Below the pieces are notes generated by a model, which worked only from the letters and a program-made list of their open reading frames with translations, had not been told where the DNA came from and ran no database searches. From positions 10,315 through 74,314 of the forward strand of contig JBEVJN010000039.1 in assembly GCA_040510135.1 (NCBI GenBank): a stretch of 64,000 bases of DNA, given 5' to 3'. Shown piece after piece: positions 1-10,042 of the stretch (positions are counted from its first letter, which is position 1; the number at the start of each line of letters is the position of its first letter). A program made the translations under genes and the position numbers. The DNA is from Acidimicrobiia bacterium (GTDB lineage: Bacteria > Actinomycetota > Acidimicrobiia > Spongiisociales > ZC4RG35).

Positions 1-54
1 AACAGCGCCGTCCCGTGTATTCGTAGGAATATGTGCTCGCCTACGCTTGTGATC

Positions 55-325
55 GATCGTGATAGGCGGGGCGCTAGGGGTGCCCTGAACCCGAAATCCT
101 CTCCATGCGGGGCTGAGTTCCCCGCCCGAGGGTCCACGTGACGCCGATCGATGGTGGACACGGGATGTTGACGGTCGGGTCCTGCGCGGCGGAGCACCAC
201 GAACCGGGTCAGATCCGGAAGGAAGCAGCTCTAAGTGGACCGCTCCGGGTGACGCAGGGCGGCCTGACCCGAGTCCACGCCCGCCATCCCCGGCGTCGCA
301 AGGTCTCGACGGCGGGGGCACGATC
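55..325 (+). ncRNA. ffs: Signal recognition particle RNA, large (Alu-domain, Bacillus scRNA-like) type
   Basis: Helix-8 motif GGTCAGATCCGGAAGGAAGCAGC near 207-229; 5' Alu-like GGCGGGGCGCTAGGGGTGCCCTGAACCCGAAATCC; terminal pairing GATCGTG(55-61)/CACGATC(319-325); ~270 nt. Confidence 0.88.
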
Positions 326-355
326 TTCTCCGTTCTACGTTCTGCGTCGGACGTC

Positions 356-994
356 CTACGACTTGTCGGCTTTGCGGAGCCGGACCCCGTAGACGAAGCC
401 CAGCGGGCCCATGCGCCAAACCTGCTCGACGGTGAGGGCGTGACCCGAAAACAGAGTTTCGGGGGGTGGGAGGGAATCCAGCGAGCGGTGGAGATACCAG
501 TATTCCCCGGGGGCGCCGGCGAAGAGTAGCCCCACAAGCGGGAGCAACAAGGCGGTGCCGATCCGGTGCAGGACGCGGAGCACAACGTTTCGGGGCCTCG
601 CCAGGTCGACCACCACCGCCGACGAACCCGGTTTCAGCACCCTATGGATCTCGGCCAGCGTGTCATCAACCGAGCTCAGGTTTCGGAACACGAAGCCGCT
701 GAAAACCGCGTCGAGAGATCCTTCTCTGAGTGGAAGCGATTCCCCGGCTCCGACCACACGGTCCGGGACCGGACTCAGTGCCAGCATCTCGATGACCGGA
801 TCGAGGCCCACTACGACCCTGCCCGTGAAATCCGTGGCCCCCGTGCCGCACCCCAGGTCGAGGACCCTTCCCGGCGCCAACATGTCGATTCCCGCTGCTC
901 GCCACTTCTTCTCCTGGCCCAGGGAGAGGATGCGATTGATCAGGTCGTATCGGGCGGCGATCCGGGCAAAGATCGGGTCGGAGATGTCACTCAC
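356..994 (-). CDS. UbiE/MenG-family SAM-dependent methyltransferase
   Basis: N-terminal FARIAARYDLINRILSLG motif typical of UbiE/MenG; SAM motif VLDLGCGTG; GTG start overlaps serS stop. Confidence 0.8.
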   Translation of the reverse strand: MSDISDPIFARIAARYDLINRILSLGQEKKWRAAGIDMLAPGRVLDLGCGTGATDFTGRVVVGLDPVIEMLALSPVPDRVVGAGESLPLREGSLDAVFSGFVFRNLSSVDDTLAEIHRVLKPGSSAVVVDLARPRNVVLRVLHRIGTALLLPLVGLLFAGAPGEYWYLHRSLDSLPPPETLFSGHALTVEQVWRMGPLGFVYGVRLRKADKS

Positions 995-2238
995 GGCTCG
1001 ATGAGATCGAACCCGGTGTAGGGGCGAAGGGCTTCGGGGATCACCACCGACCCGTCGGCCTGCTGATGGTTCTCGAGCAGGGCCAGAATGGTGCGGCCCA
1101 CCGCGCAGGCCGTCCCGTTCAGGGTGTGCACCACCTCATTCCCCGTATCTGTCCTCATCCTCACCTTGAGACGGCGGGCCTGGAAATCGGTGGTGTTGGA
1201 GCACGATGTGATCTCCCGATACGCCTGCTGACCCGGGAACCAGGCTTCGATGTCGTACTTCTTCGCCGCCGATGCACCGAGGTCTCCTGCCGCGACATTC
1301 ACCACTCGATAAGGGATCTCCAACTCCCCTACCAACTTCTCCTCGACGCCGAGCAGATGGTCGTGCTCCGCCGGAGACTGGTCGGGAGTGGTGAACACGA
1401 ACATCTCGACCTTGTCAAACTGATGCACCCGGAATATGCCGGCCGTGTCCTTCCCATAAGTCCCCGATTCCCGCCGGAAACAAGTCGAGAAACCTGCATA
1501 TCGGAATGGAAGATCCACTTCATCCAGGATCTCATCGGCGTGATACGCGGCGAGAGGGACTTCGGCGGTTCCCACGAGGAACAACTCGTCACGAGGGATC
1601 TCGTAGACCTGTTCCCGCGCCTCGGGGAAGAACCCGGTGCCGACCAGGGCCTCCTCGCGCACCAGCACCGGCGGGACCATCGGCAAGAACCCCGCGGCCA
1701 GCAGTTGGTCCATGGCCCAGCGGACCAGCGAGAACTCGAGCATCGCTCCCTTGCCCTTGAGATAGGCGAATCGGCTGCCTGAAACCTTGGAGGCGCGGAC
1801 GGTGTCGATGATCCCGAGCAGCTCGCCGAGGGTGGCGTGATCGGAGCCTTCAGTTGCACCCGCACCGATTCGCTTGATCTCCTTGCTGTCCTCTTCGCCG
1901 AACCCCTCGGCAGCATCGGGCGCCACCAGATTGGGAACTTCGAGGATGGCCCGGTCGAACTCCGACTCGAGCCGGTCGACCTCCCCAGCCGCGTTCTTCA
2001 CCTGAGCGGCGAGGTCGGCTACCGCGGCTATTGCTGACTCCTTCGCCTTTCCCTCGAGAGCGGCGATCTCCCGTCCCGATTCCTTCTGTCTGGCCCGAAG
2101 CGCTTCGGCGTTCTGGCGGGCGGAGCGGAGGTCCGCCTCGAGGGTGATGACCGCGTCGAGATCGAGCTTCGAGCCTCGTCGCGCCAATGAATCTCTGATC
2201 GCGTCGGGGTCGTCTCGGATCAGTCGGGGATCGATCAT
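991..2238 (-). CDS. serS: Seryl-tRNA synthetase
   Basis: N-terminal coiled coil; LVGTAEV, FRRESG, RVHQFDKVE, EITSCSN and HTLNGTA motifs. Confidence 0.98.
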   Translation of the reverse strand: MIDPRLIRDDPDAIRDSLARRGSKLDLDAVITLEADLRSARQNAEALRARQKESGREIAALEGKAKESAIAAVADLAAQVKNAAGEVDRLESEFDRAILEVPNLVAPDAAEGFGEEDSKEIKRIGAGATEGSDHATLGELLGIIDTVRASKVSGSRFAYLKGKGAMLEFSLVRWAMDQLLAAGFLPMVPPVLVREEALVGTGFFPEAREQVYEIPRDELFLVGTAEVPLAAYHADEILDEVDLPFRYAGFSTCFRRESGTYGKDTAGIFRVHQFDKVEMFVFTTPDQSPAEHDHLLGVEEKLVGELEIPYRVVNVAAGDLGASAAKKYDIEAWFPGQQAYREITSCSNTTDFQARRLKVRMRTDTGNEVVHTLNGTACAVGRTILALLENHQQADGSVVIPEALRPYTGFDLIEP

Positions 2239-2274
2239 GAGGCCGACGATGGTACCGACCGCCTCGAGCCGCCC

Positions 2275-3270
2275 CTACTCGTCGTTCACCTCGAAGAGCA
2301 CGCTCACGTCGTTGTCTTCGAGGTCAACGTCGTTGGTGACCGCACTGAGGCTGGCCGCCACCTCATAGAGGGCGCCGGGAGTGACCGGGATCTCGAGGAA
2401 ATGCACCGCCGTCTGCTCACCAGGCTCGAGCACCGGCACCATCTCCGAGAGCACCACCGGGTCTGACTCGCCGGTCAGGGTGAGCTCGATGGGCTCGGGC
2501 TCGCTGGCCACATTGCCGGCGTTGCCGACGACGACAGAGAAATTCAGTAGCTCGGTGGCCGGCACGATCGCCTGGTCGGAGGGATCGACGTTCCACAGTG
2601 GATCGGAAGTGATCGCAGACACCTGGAGACCGGGCCGCAGCGCGATCCCGCTGACCGGCGAGCGCGCCGCCTCGACGTAGGCCAGCGACAACGTGAAGAG
2701 CTCGCCCTCGGCCGGGAGCATGAGCACCTCGGGCAGAGGCGCGACCGGGTCGGGCACCTCTTCTCCCTCGAGTTCGCGCACCAGATCGGTATAGAGACGA
2801 TCACCCGCTCTCAGCTCGGCCAGCGCGTTGGCGATGTTGTCGGTCACCACCGTGTCGGTGGGATCATCGGCGGCGGCAAGGATGCCCGACGTGAACCCGC
2901 TCACCCCTACGGTCCAGGCTTCCAATGCCCTGCGATATACGGCGTTTGCAGCCACGAGGTTCTCCGACGACGGGCCGGCCTCGACCAGCTCCAGCCCGGT
3001 TTCGAGGTCCTCACGCAGGCCGTCGGTGGCAGTGACCAACTCGGACCGCTCGATGCGGGAGAGACGGGAAATGACGACCCTCAGCGCGTCAGCCCCCATC
3101 GAGAGGTCGGTTGCGGTCTCCTGCATCGCATCGAGATACTGCAGTTCGGCTCGGGTGTTGTCCCCGGCACTGGTGACCACCACCGCGACTACCGCGGCGG
3201 CGGTGAAGACCGCGGGCCAGAGGAAGCGGCCGAGGGACCGTCGACGCGGCTTTGGTGGATCGAGAATCAT
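2275..3270 (-). CDS. Membrane-anchored hypothetical protein with C-terminal CARDB/Ig-like domain
   Basis: N-terminal TM helix; acidic helical body; C-terminal V.N.GN...L.PGE...DNDVSV CARDB-like pattern. Confidence 0.6.
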   Translation of the reverse strand: MILDPPKPRRRSLGRFLWPAVFTAAAVVAVVVTSAGDNTRAELQYLDAMQETATDLSMGADALRVVISRLSRIERSELVTATDGLREDLETGLELVEAGPSSENLVAANAVYRRALEAWTVGVSGFTSGILAAADDPTDTVVTDNIANALAELRAGDRLYTDLVRELEGEEVPDPVAPLPEVLMLPAEGELFTLSLAYVEAARSPVSGIALRPGLQVSAITSDPLWNVDPSDQAIVPATELLNFSVVVGNAGNVASEPEPIELTLTGESDPVVLSEMVPVLEPGEQTAVHFLEIPVTPGALYEVAASLSAVTNDVDLEDNDVSVLFEVNDE

Positions 3271-3350
3271 GGTTGTTCGGCCACAGGCCGAAGCGAGAAG
3301 CGTATGCCTGCTCGAGGGGATACAAAGGGTCGGTCCCCTGGAAATGATTG

Positions 3351-3434
<84 letters not shown>

Positions 3435-3517
3435 GGGATCGAGGCGAAATCGTACCGTTGCACCGGGGGTTCCGGTAGTCGGTAACACTGTCCCCGACCC
3501 ACCGTAACCTCTCGTCG

Positions 3518-4168
3518 GTGAGCCTGGCACGAAGCCTGGAACGACGTCTCGAGCGCCTCCTGGAAGGCGCCACCGGGCGCGTGTTCTCCGGGCGGCTCCA
3601 CCCTTCCGAGATGGCGGGGCGGATCGCCCGGGAGGCAGATCTGAGCCGATATCGTCACGAATCGGGGCCGGCCACCGCCAACAAGTACGTTCTCACGGTC
3701 AGCCCAGCCGATCTCGACGTGGATCCCACCACACTCGAGAGGAAGCTCGAGATGGCTCTCGCCGAGCACGCCGCAGGCGTGGGGCTCCTCTTCGAGGGCC
3801 CCCCGACAGTGAGGATCATCACATCGGATCAGATGGCGCCGGGGCAGTTCTCCTGCACACCGTCCGTAGAGCCCGGCCTACTCCCCCCTTGGGCCAGACT
3901 CTCCGGTTCGGGCGCCAGCATCGAGATCGGAGCGAACCGGGTGACTCTCGGAAGATCGGACGAGGCCGACATCGTGCTTCCCTACGACAACGTGTCACGG
4001 AAGCACGCCTTGATCTGGCGCTCCGAGGGCAAGGCCTGGATCCAGGATCTCGGATCCTCGAACGGGACCTCGGTCGACGGAGCGGGAGTAGGCGAACAAC
4101 CGGTGCCGCTGCAAAATGGCTCGGTGTTGAGCCTGGCCGGGCACCGCTATCGGTTCATCGAGGGTTAG
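3518..4168 (+). CDS. fhaA: FhaA (DUF3662 + FHA domain)
   Basis: LERRLERLLEG...L.P.E DUF3662 N-terminus; FHA motifs GRS, SRKHA, DLGSSNGT; TAACCT 7 nt before GTG. Confidence 0.9.
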   Translation: MSLARSLERRLERLLEGATGRVFSGRLHPSEMAGRIAREADLSRYRHESGPATANKYVLTVSPADLDVDPTTLERKLEMALAEHAAGVGLLFEGPPTVRIITSDQMAPGQFSCTPSVEPGLLPPWARLSGSGASIEIGANRVTLGRSDEADIVLPYDNVSRKHALIWRSEGKAWIQDLGSSNGTSVDGAGVGEQPVPLQNGSVLSLAGHRYRFIEG

Positions 4169-4170
4169 GG

Positions 4171-4581
4171 ATGCCCGACATCATCCTGGCGTTGCTTCGG
4201 ATCATCTTTCTGGGCCTCGTGTACCTGTTCGTCTGGCAGGTAGCCCGCGCTATTGGCGCACATCTAGGAATATCCCTACGACGGAAGCGTCGGGAGGGCA
4301 CCAAAGTCGTGATGGTCAAGTCGGAAACACAACAAGGCACCGAGCTCGAAGTCGAGGATGTGACGGTGCTCGGGCGCTCGCCCGAGGCCGATGTCCTTCT
4401 CGACGACCCCTACGCTTCCGAGTTCCACATGCGGCTGGTGGCCCAAGACAACGGGATGGTGCTGCATGACCTGGGCAGCACGAACGGGACCTACATCAAC
4501 GGGCGCCGGGTGACCGCGCCAACCACGCTGCGCCGCGGGGACACCATCCAGGTCGGTAAGACGGTGATGGAGGTCCGATGA
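4171..4581 (+). CDS. fhaB: FhaB/FipA membrane-anchored FHA protein
   Basis: ATG at 4171 (MPDIILALLR); TM helix; FHA motifs GRS, S.FH, DLGSTNGT; conserved synteny. Confidence 0.85.
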   Translation: MPDIILALLRIIFLGLVYLFVWQVARAIGAHLGISLRRKRREGTKVVMVKSETQQGTELEVEDVTVLGRSPEADVLLDDPYASEFHMRLVAQDNGMVLHDLGSTNGTYINGRRVTAPTTLRRGDTIQVGKTVMEVR

Positions 4582-5285
4582 GATACATCTGGGGCTCGGC
4601 CACCCACCAAGGCATGGTGCGACAGAACAACGAAGATTCCCTGTTCCCGGACAAGTCGGGTGAATCAGACGGGCAGGCCGTGCTCATGGTCGCCGACGGG
4701 ATGGGCGGACATATCGCGGGCGAGGTTGCCTCCCGGCTCGCCATCAACGCCGCCGCATCGGCCGAGCTCGAGCCCGACGACAGAGTCGCTGCCGCCAACC
4801 GCGCCATCCGTGAAGAGGTCGCGCGTCAGCCCGATCTCGAGGGGATGGGGACCACCCTGACTCTGTTAGAACTCGAGCCCGGGGGAATTGCTCGAGTCGC
4901 GCACGTTGGTGACAGTCGCGCCTACCTGTATCGGGATGCGGAGCTGAGACAGCTGACCGAGGACCACACCGTTGCAGCCGAGTACGTGGCACTGGGCCAC
5001 ATCTCCGCGGAAGAGGTGGACGACCATCCGCAGAGCCACATGCTCACGCGCTGCCTCGGGCTCACCAGATTCGTGAATGTGGATCGCATCGACCTCGACC
5101 TCGCCCCTGGTGACCGGCTGCTGCTCTGCTCCGACGGCCTCAACTCGATGGTGCCGGCCGACGGCATCGCCAAGGCCCTGACCAACGGAACCGCTGACGA
5201 GGCGGCATGGAAGCTGGTGGAGGCCGCCAACAAGGCCGGAGGGCACGACAACATCAGCGTCATCGTCATCGACGTCGTCTCCTGA
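4578..5285 (+). CDS. pstP: PP2C-family Ser/Thr phosphatase (Stp1/PstP; soluble, no TM tail)
   Basis: RQNNEDS, VADGMGG, HVGDSRAY, LCSDGL and GGHDNIS motifs. Confidence 0.93.
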   Translation: MRYIWGSATHQGMVRQNNEDSLFPDKSGESDGQAVLMVADGMGGHIAGEVASRLAINAAASAELEPDDRVAAANRAIREEVARQPDLEGMGTTLTLLELEPGGIARVAHVGDSRAYLYRDAELRQLTEDHTVAAEYVALGHISAEEVDDHPQSHMLTRCLGLTRFVNVDRIDLDLAPGDRLLLCSDGLNSMVPADGIAKALTNGTADEAAWKLVEAANKAGGHDNISVIVIDVVS

Positions 5286-5289
5286 TCCG

Positions 5290-6597
5290 ATGACTCGCAA
5301 CACCGAGGGCGCGTTGATCGTGGCGGCGTCCGTGCTGGCCGCCTTCGGCGTCACTCTGGTCAACTTCGCTCAGGAGCGGAGTGTCGACGCCCAGACCGCG
5401 CTGACCTTCCTCGTCTTCCTCATCGCCTTCGGCGGGCTCCATATGGCAGTGCGGGCATTTGCGCCCAGGGCCACTCCCCTACTGCTCGCTCCTGTCACCG
5501 CCCTCACCGCACTGGGGTTCTTCCAGATCTATCGCCTCGACTTCGCCGCCGGCACCGATCGGGCCAGCTTTCAGAGGTGGTGGATCTTGATCGCGGCCGG
5601 CCTGGCGTCACTGACGCTCTTGCTGTTCAGCCGGAGCTCCATATCCATCCTGCGCCGATACAGGAACATCACCTTGCTCATCTCACTGGTTCTGATCCTG
5701 CTCCCCAACCTCCCCACCGGGTGGGGCTTTCCGCTTCGCGGGTTGTCGGTGAATGGCTCACGGCTCTGGGTCCTCCTCGATGTGGGGTTCACGACCTTTC
5801 AGTTCCAGCCGGCGGAGCTGGCCAAGCTGGGGCTGGTCGCCTACGTCGCCGGGTATCTCGCCGATCACCAGAAGGCCCTACGCGAGGCGCGTCGACGCAT
5901 CGGACCTATCGCCTTCCCTGAGCCCCGCCAATTGATCCCGCTCCTGATCACCTGGGGGGTCAGCGTGTTGATACTGATATCGCAACGCGACCTCGGCGCC
6001 TCGCTGCTCCTCTTCGTCGGCTTCGTCCTGTTGCTCTACGCCGCCACCGGGACCACCGGGTACCTTGTGGCCGGCGGCTTCCTCGGTTTGATCGCCGGCG
6101 TGGCTTCATACCTGGCCTTCGACCACGTGCAGCGACGAGTGATCGCCTGGATCGCCCCGTTCGAGCACTACGAGGACGAAGGCTTTCAGATCGCCCAGGG
6201 GCTCTTCGCCATGGGGACGGGGAGCCTCTCCGGGGCAGGACCGGGGTTGGGGAGACCTGACCTCATCCCCAACGCAGCGACTGATTTCATCTTCGCCGCG
6301 GTCGGTGAGGAGCTGGGTTTCGCGGGCACGGTGTCCGTTCTCGCCCTCTTCGCCCTCACCATCTCGGTGGGCCTCGGAATTGCGTTCCGCAGCCGCGATA
6401 CCTTCCGCAAGCTGCTGGCCGCCGGGCTCACCTTCGTTCTGGCCGTGCAGACGATCTTGATCATCGGCGGCGTGGTTCGACTTGTCCCCCTCACCGGCAT
6501 CACCCTCCCATTCATGTCATACGGCGGCTCTGCCCTGGTGGGGAACTTGATCCTGATCGCCCTCCTGCTCCGGATCAGTCACGAGGAGGCAACGTGA
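5290..6597 (+). CDS. rodA: RodA (FtsW/RodA/SpoVE SEDS family)
   Basis: Multi-pass membrane protein; QPAELAK, RDLG, TDFIF and GITLPFMSYGGS motifs. Confidence 0.93.
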   Translation: MTRNTEGALIVAASVLAAFGVTLVNFAQERSVDAQTALTFLVFLIAFGGLHMAVRAFAPRATPLLLAPVTALTALGFFQIYRLDFAAGTDRASFQRWWILIAAGLASLTLLLFSRSSISILRRYRNITLLISLVLILLPNLPTGWGFPLRGLSVNGSRLWVLLDVGFTTFQFQPAELAKLGLVAYVAGYLADHQKALREARRRIGPIAFPEPRQLIPLLITWGVSVLILISQRDLGASLLLFVGFVLLLYAATGTTGYLVAGGFLGLIAGVASYLAFDHVQRRVIAWIAPFEHYEDEGFQIAQGLFAMGTGSLSGAGPGLGRPDLIPNAATDFIFAAVGEELGFAGTVSVLALFALTISVGLGIAFRSRDTFRKLLAAGLTFVLAVQTILIIGGVVRLVPLTGITLPFMSYGGSALVGNLILIALLLRISHEEAT

Positions 6598-8051
6598 ACG
6601 GGCCCGTCCGTCGTCTGTCTGTCGGGTTGTTCGGAGGATTTCTCGCCCTCCTCCTGGCCGTCACCTGGATCCAGGTCATCCACGCCGATGCGCTCAAAGC
6701 CGACCCGCGCAACTCCCGTCCGGCGTTGTCCGAACGCGGAAAGGAGCGTGGGCTCGTCGTGACCATCGATGGGACGGTGGTTGCGCAGTCGGTCCCGGAT
6801 CCCGAAGACCCCCGCTCGTTCATCCGCCAGTATCCCGAGGGGCAGCCATTCGCTCACGTCGTCGGCTACAACTCCTTCCTCATCGGGTCCTCGGGGCTGG
6901 AAAACGCCTATGCCGACGAGCTCCGCTCCCGACGGGACCTGACCATCTCTGATCTCGTGTCGGTCATCCTGGGCAGGGACCTGCGCCCCGAGAGTCTCGA
7001 GCTGACCATCAACGCCGACCTGCAGCGGGCCGCCTTCGAGGGCCTGGGCGGGCTCAAGGGCGGGGTGGTGGCCATCGACCCCAGGACCGGAGCGGTGCTG
7101 GCTTCCGTCTCCTCGCCGTCCTACGACCCGGAATCCCTGCTGGGCGGAGACGCAGCTGAGGTCTGGGAAAGCCTGTTGGCCGATCCCGACGGTCCGCTCC
7201 TCGACCGTGCCACCAGGGAGATCTACCCACCCGGCTCGACATTCAAGACCGTGGTGACCGCGGCCGCCCTCGACACGGGAACGGCAGTGCCCGAGACGGA
7301 GTTTCCCGACCCTGAAGAGTTCCAGTTGCCGGGCTCGTCGGCGACGATCTCGAACGCGGGCGGGGGCGTCTGCAACAACGGCCGGTCGATCACCTTGCTT
7401 CAGGCGTTCATCGTCTCTTGCAACACGACCTTTGCGGACCTCTCCATCCAGGTGGGCGCCGAGGACATCGGGATCACGGCCGAGGCGCTGGGCTTCAACG
7501 TCGAGATCCCCTTCCCGTGGACGGTTCCCGAAGCGATCTACCCGGTCGAACTGCTCGCGGCAGACCCGGCTGCCTTGGCCCAGAGCGGCATCGGGGAACG
7601 AGATGTGCGCGCGGCACCGTTGCATATGGCGATGGTGGCGGCGGCGGCCGCCAACGACGGCACCACCCTCACCCCATATCTGGTGAATCGCATCTTCGAC
7701 GCAGACGGAAACACCGTGGAGACATACGAACCGAGCCCCATGGGCCAGGCCATGGACCCGGCCACCGCATCGGTCCTGACCGAGATGATGGTGCGCGCCG
7801 TCAGCGAGGGCACGGGTCAGGCGGCCGCGATCCCCGGTATCAGCGTCGCCGGCAAAACCGGAACCTCTATGGGGGTCGACGGGTTGCCCAACCCGTGGTT
7901 CATCGGGTTCGCCCCCGCCGAGGACCCGACGATCGCGATAGCCGTCTTCTTCGAGGGGAGCCCGGAACTGGGGGAATCCGCTACCGGCGGCGGTGTCGCC
8001 GCTCCTCTCGCCGGCGATCTCATCGAGTTGTGGCTGGAGGGATCCCCATGA
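6594..8051 (+). CDS. pbpA: Class B penicillin-binding protein PbpA
   Basis: PGSTFK (SxxK), SCN (SxN) and KTG motifs; follows rodA. Confidence 0.93.
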   Translation: MNGPVRRLSVGLFGGFLALLLAVTWIQVIHADALKADPRNSRPALSERGKERGLVVTIDGTVVAQSVPDPEDPRSFIRQYPEGQPFAHVVGYNSFLIGSSGLENAYADELRSRRDLTISDLVSVILGRDLRPESLELTINADLQRAAFEGLGGLKGGVVAIDPRTGAVLASVSSPSYDPESLLGGDAAEVWESLLADPDGPLLDRATREIYPPGSTFKTVVTAAALDTGTAVPETEFPDPEEFQLPGSSATISNAGGGVCNNGRSITLLQAFIVSCNTTFADLSIQVGAEDIGITAEALGFNVEIPFPWTVPEAIYPVELLAADPAALAQSGIGERDVRAAPLHMAMVAAAAANDGTTLTPYLVNRIFDADGNTVETYEPSPMGQAMDPATASVLTEMMVRAVSEGTGQAAAIPGISVAGKTGTSMGVDGLPNPWFIGFAPAEDPTIAIAVFFEGSPELGESATGGGVAAPLAGDLIELWLEGSP

Positions 8052-10042
8052 GTTGGGACGAGACCATTCCTACAATCCGCCCGGCTTCCATGGATGCCCA
8101 AACCGCACTGACCGATCGTTATCAAATCACGTCCCACCTGGCCCGGGGCGGAATGGCGGACGTGTACGAGGGCAGGGACAACCTGCTCAATCGCAGGGTG
8201 GCGATCAAGGTCCTTCATTCCCAATACTCCGCCGACGAGGCGTTCGTGAAGCGGTTCCGACGAGAGGCGCAGGCCGCGGCCAATCTCAGCCATCCCAACA
8301 TCGTCGGGATCTACGACTGGGGACAGGCGCAAAACACCTATTTCATCGTCATGGAGCTGGTCGACGGTCGCTCCCTGCGCGACGTCCTCAAGTCGGAGGG
8401 GGCACTGCTACCCCGTCGGGCCACCGAGATCACCGCCGAAGTCGCCGCGGCGCTGTCGGTAGCCCACCAGGCAGGACTCGTTCATCGGGACGTGAAGCCC
8501 GGCAACATCCTCCTCGCCAAGGACGGCACCGTGAAGGTGACCGACTTCGGCATCGCTCGCGCCTGGGACGACAGCCAGGAGCTGACCCGGACCGGTGCCG
8601 TCATCGGGACCGCCACCTACTTCAGCCCCGAACAAGCCCAGGGGGCAGCGGCCGACGCCCGGAGCGATGTCTATTCACTCGGCGTGGTGCTCTATGAGAT
8701 GCTCACCGGGAGACCCCCCTACACCGGTGACAGCCCGATGTCGGTTGCCTTCCAGCACGTTTCCACCGAAGCCCCTCTTCCGAGCTCGCTCAACTCCGAT
8801 GTATCGCCGTCACTGGACGCGGTCGTGGCCAAGGCGATGCGAAAGGACCCGGTGGCCCGGTACCAGACTGCCGATGAGATGAGGGCCGACCTCCTGTCGG
8901 TGCTCAAGGGAGAAGAGGTCGGCATGCCGCCTCTCGTGCTGCCGGTGGCGGTACCGGCCAACGGTGACGGCGCGACGCGGGTGATGTCGACCACCCCGGT
9001 GCCTCCGGCCACCGCCCCGCCCGACGAGATGTACCGGGAGATCGAGGAGGAGCCCTCCTCACAGCTGCCGTTCATCCTGACCGCGTTTGGCCTGCTGCTC
9101 GCCCTGGGAGGGCTGATCTTCCTCCTTTTCCAGCTGGCCGGCGGGGGTGAGGAGGAGCCCGAACTCATCACCGTTCCCAACGTTGTCGACCTCCTTCAGG
9201 ACGATGCTTTGCGCCGTCTCCAGGAAGAGGGCCTCATCGGTGTCGTCCAATTCGAATCCCACGAGACTGTGGAGGTCGGAACTGTCATCCGCACACAGCC
9301 CCCTGCCGGCGCCGAGGTGGAGCCAGATTCGACGATCCAGGTCTTCGTCTCCTCCGGGCCTGAGGAGATCGCGGTGCCACCGGTTGTTGGTCAGACCCAG
9401 GCCGACGCCGAACGGCTCATCACCGAGGCGGGTCTCACCGTGGGACAGATCACCGAACGCGCTGATGCCACTTTCGCCGAGGGGATCGTGATCGAGCAGG
9501 ACCCGCCGCAAGGAGTGAGGGTAGGTGTGGATGCCCCGGTCAACCTGGTCGTGTCCACAGGACCGGAGACGGTCATCGTGCCCGGGCTGATCAACCTCAG
9601 CGAGCGGGATGCCACCGCCCAACTCCAGGCCCTCGGGTTACTGGTGCGGGTCCAGGATGAATACTCCGACACGATTGCTCAGGACCTGGTGATTCGCTCC
9701 GACCCTTTGGCAGACACCGAAGTCCAACTCGGTGACACCGTTCTCATCGTCGTCTCGCTGGGCCCGGCGCCAGTAGAGGTGCCTGACCTGGTTGGAGTGG
9801 AGCAGAACGAGGCCGAGGACACCCTCGTCGGTCTCGGGTTAGGGATGGTTGTCGAGATCCAGCCGGTGGCCGATGCGGCCCAGGACGGGATCGTGATCGA
9901 CCAGAACCCGAATGCGGGTGAGATGCTCCTCCCCGGCGACCAGGTCAACGTGATGGTTGGTCAATTCACGCCGCCCCCCACGACCACGACCACGACAACT
10001 ACGACGACCACGACTACGACGGTGCCGACCACCGCTCCTTAG
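8048..10042 (+). CDS. pknB: Ser/Thr kinase PknB with four PASTA domains
   Basis: ARGGMADV, VAIK, HRDVKPGN, DFG and GTATYFSPE motifs; TM helix; 4 VP.V.G PASTA repeats; start at ATG 8048 (overlaps pbpA stop) or 8090. Confidence 0.95.
   Translation: MSWDETIPTIRPASMDAQTALTDRYQITSHLARGGMADVYEGRDNLLNRRVAIKVLHSQYSADEAFVKRFRREAQAAANLSHPNIVGIYDWGQAQNTYFIVMELVDGRSLRDVLKSEGALLPRRATEITAEVAAALSVAHQAGLVHRDVKPGNILLAKDGTVKVTDFGIARAWDDSQELTRTGAVIGTATYFSPEQAQGAAADARSDVYSLGVVLYEMLTGRPPYTGDSPMSVAFQHVSTEAPLPSSLNSDVSPSLDAVVAKAMRKDPVARYQTADEMRADLLSVLKGEEVGMPPLVLPVAVPANGDGATRVMSTTPVPPATAPPDEMYREIEEEPSSQLPFILTAFGLLLALGGLIFLLFQLAGGGEEEPELITVPNVVDLLQDDALRRLQEEGLIGVVQFESHETVEVGTVIRTQPPAGAEVEPDSTIQVFVSSGPEEIAVPPVVGQTQADAERLITEAGLTVGQITERADATFAEGIVIEQDPPQGVRVGVDAPVNLVVSTGPETVIVPGLINLSERDATAQLQALGLLVRVQDEYSDTIAQDLVIRSDPLADTEVQLGDTVLIVVSLGPAPVEVPDLVGVEQNEAEDTLVGLGLGMVVEIQPVADAAQDGIVIDQNPNAGEMLLPGDQVNVMVGQFTPPPTTTTTTTTTTTTTTVPTTAP
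9980..10021 (+). repeat. ACN trinucleotide run encoding the poly-Thr tail of PknB
   Basis: 14 consecutive Thr codons after PPP at the C-terminus. Confidence 0.85.

Noticed and set aside
138-419. Short ORFs 138-392 and 231-419
   Set aside because: They overlap the SRP RNA and have no protein-like features.
7418-8047. N-terminal extensions in the ORF track (pknB 7418, fhaB 3889, regulator 15840, desulfurase 17936, HDAC 40903, pepP 47958, 51701, nfo 52930)
   Set aside because: They overlap neighbouring genes in another frame and are Arg/Gly/Pro-rich shadow sequence typical of high-GC DNA.
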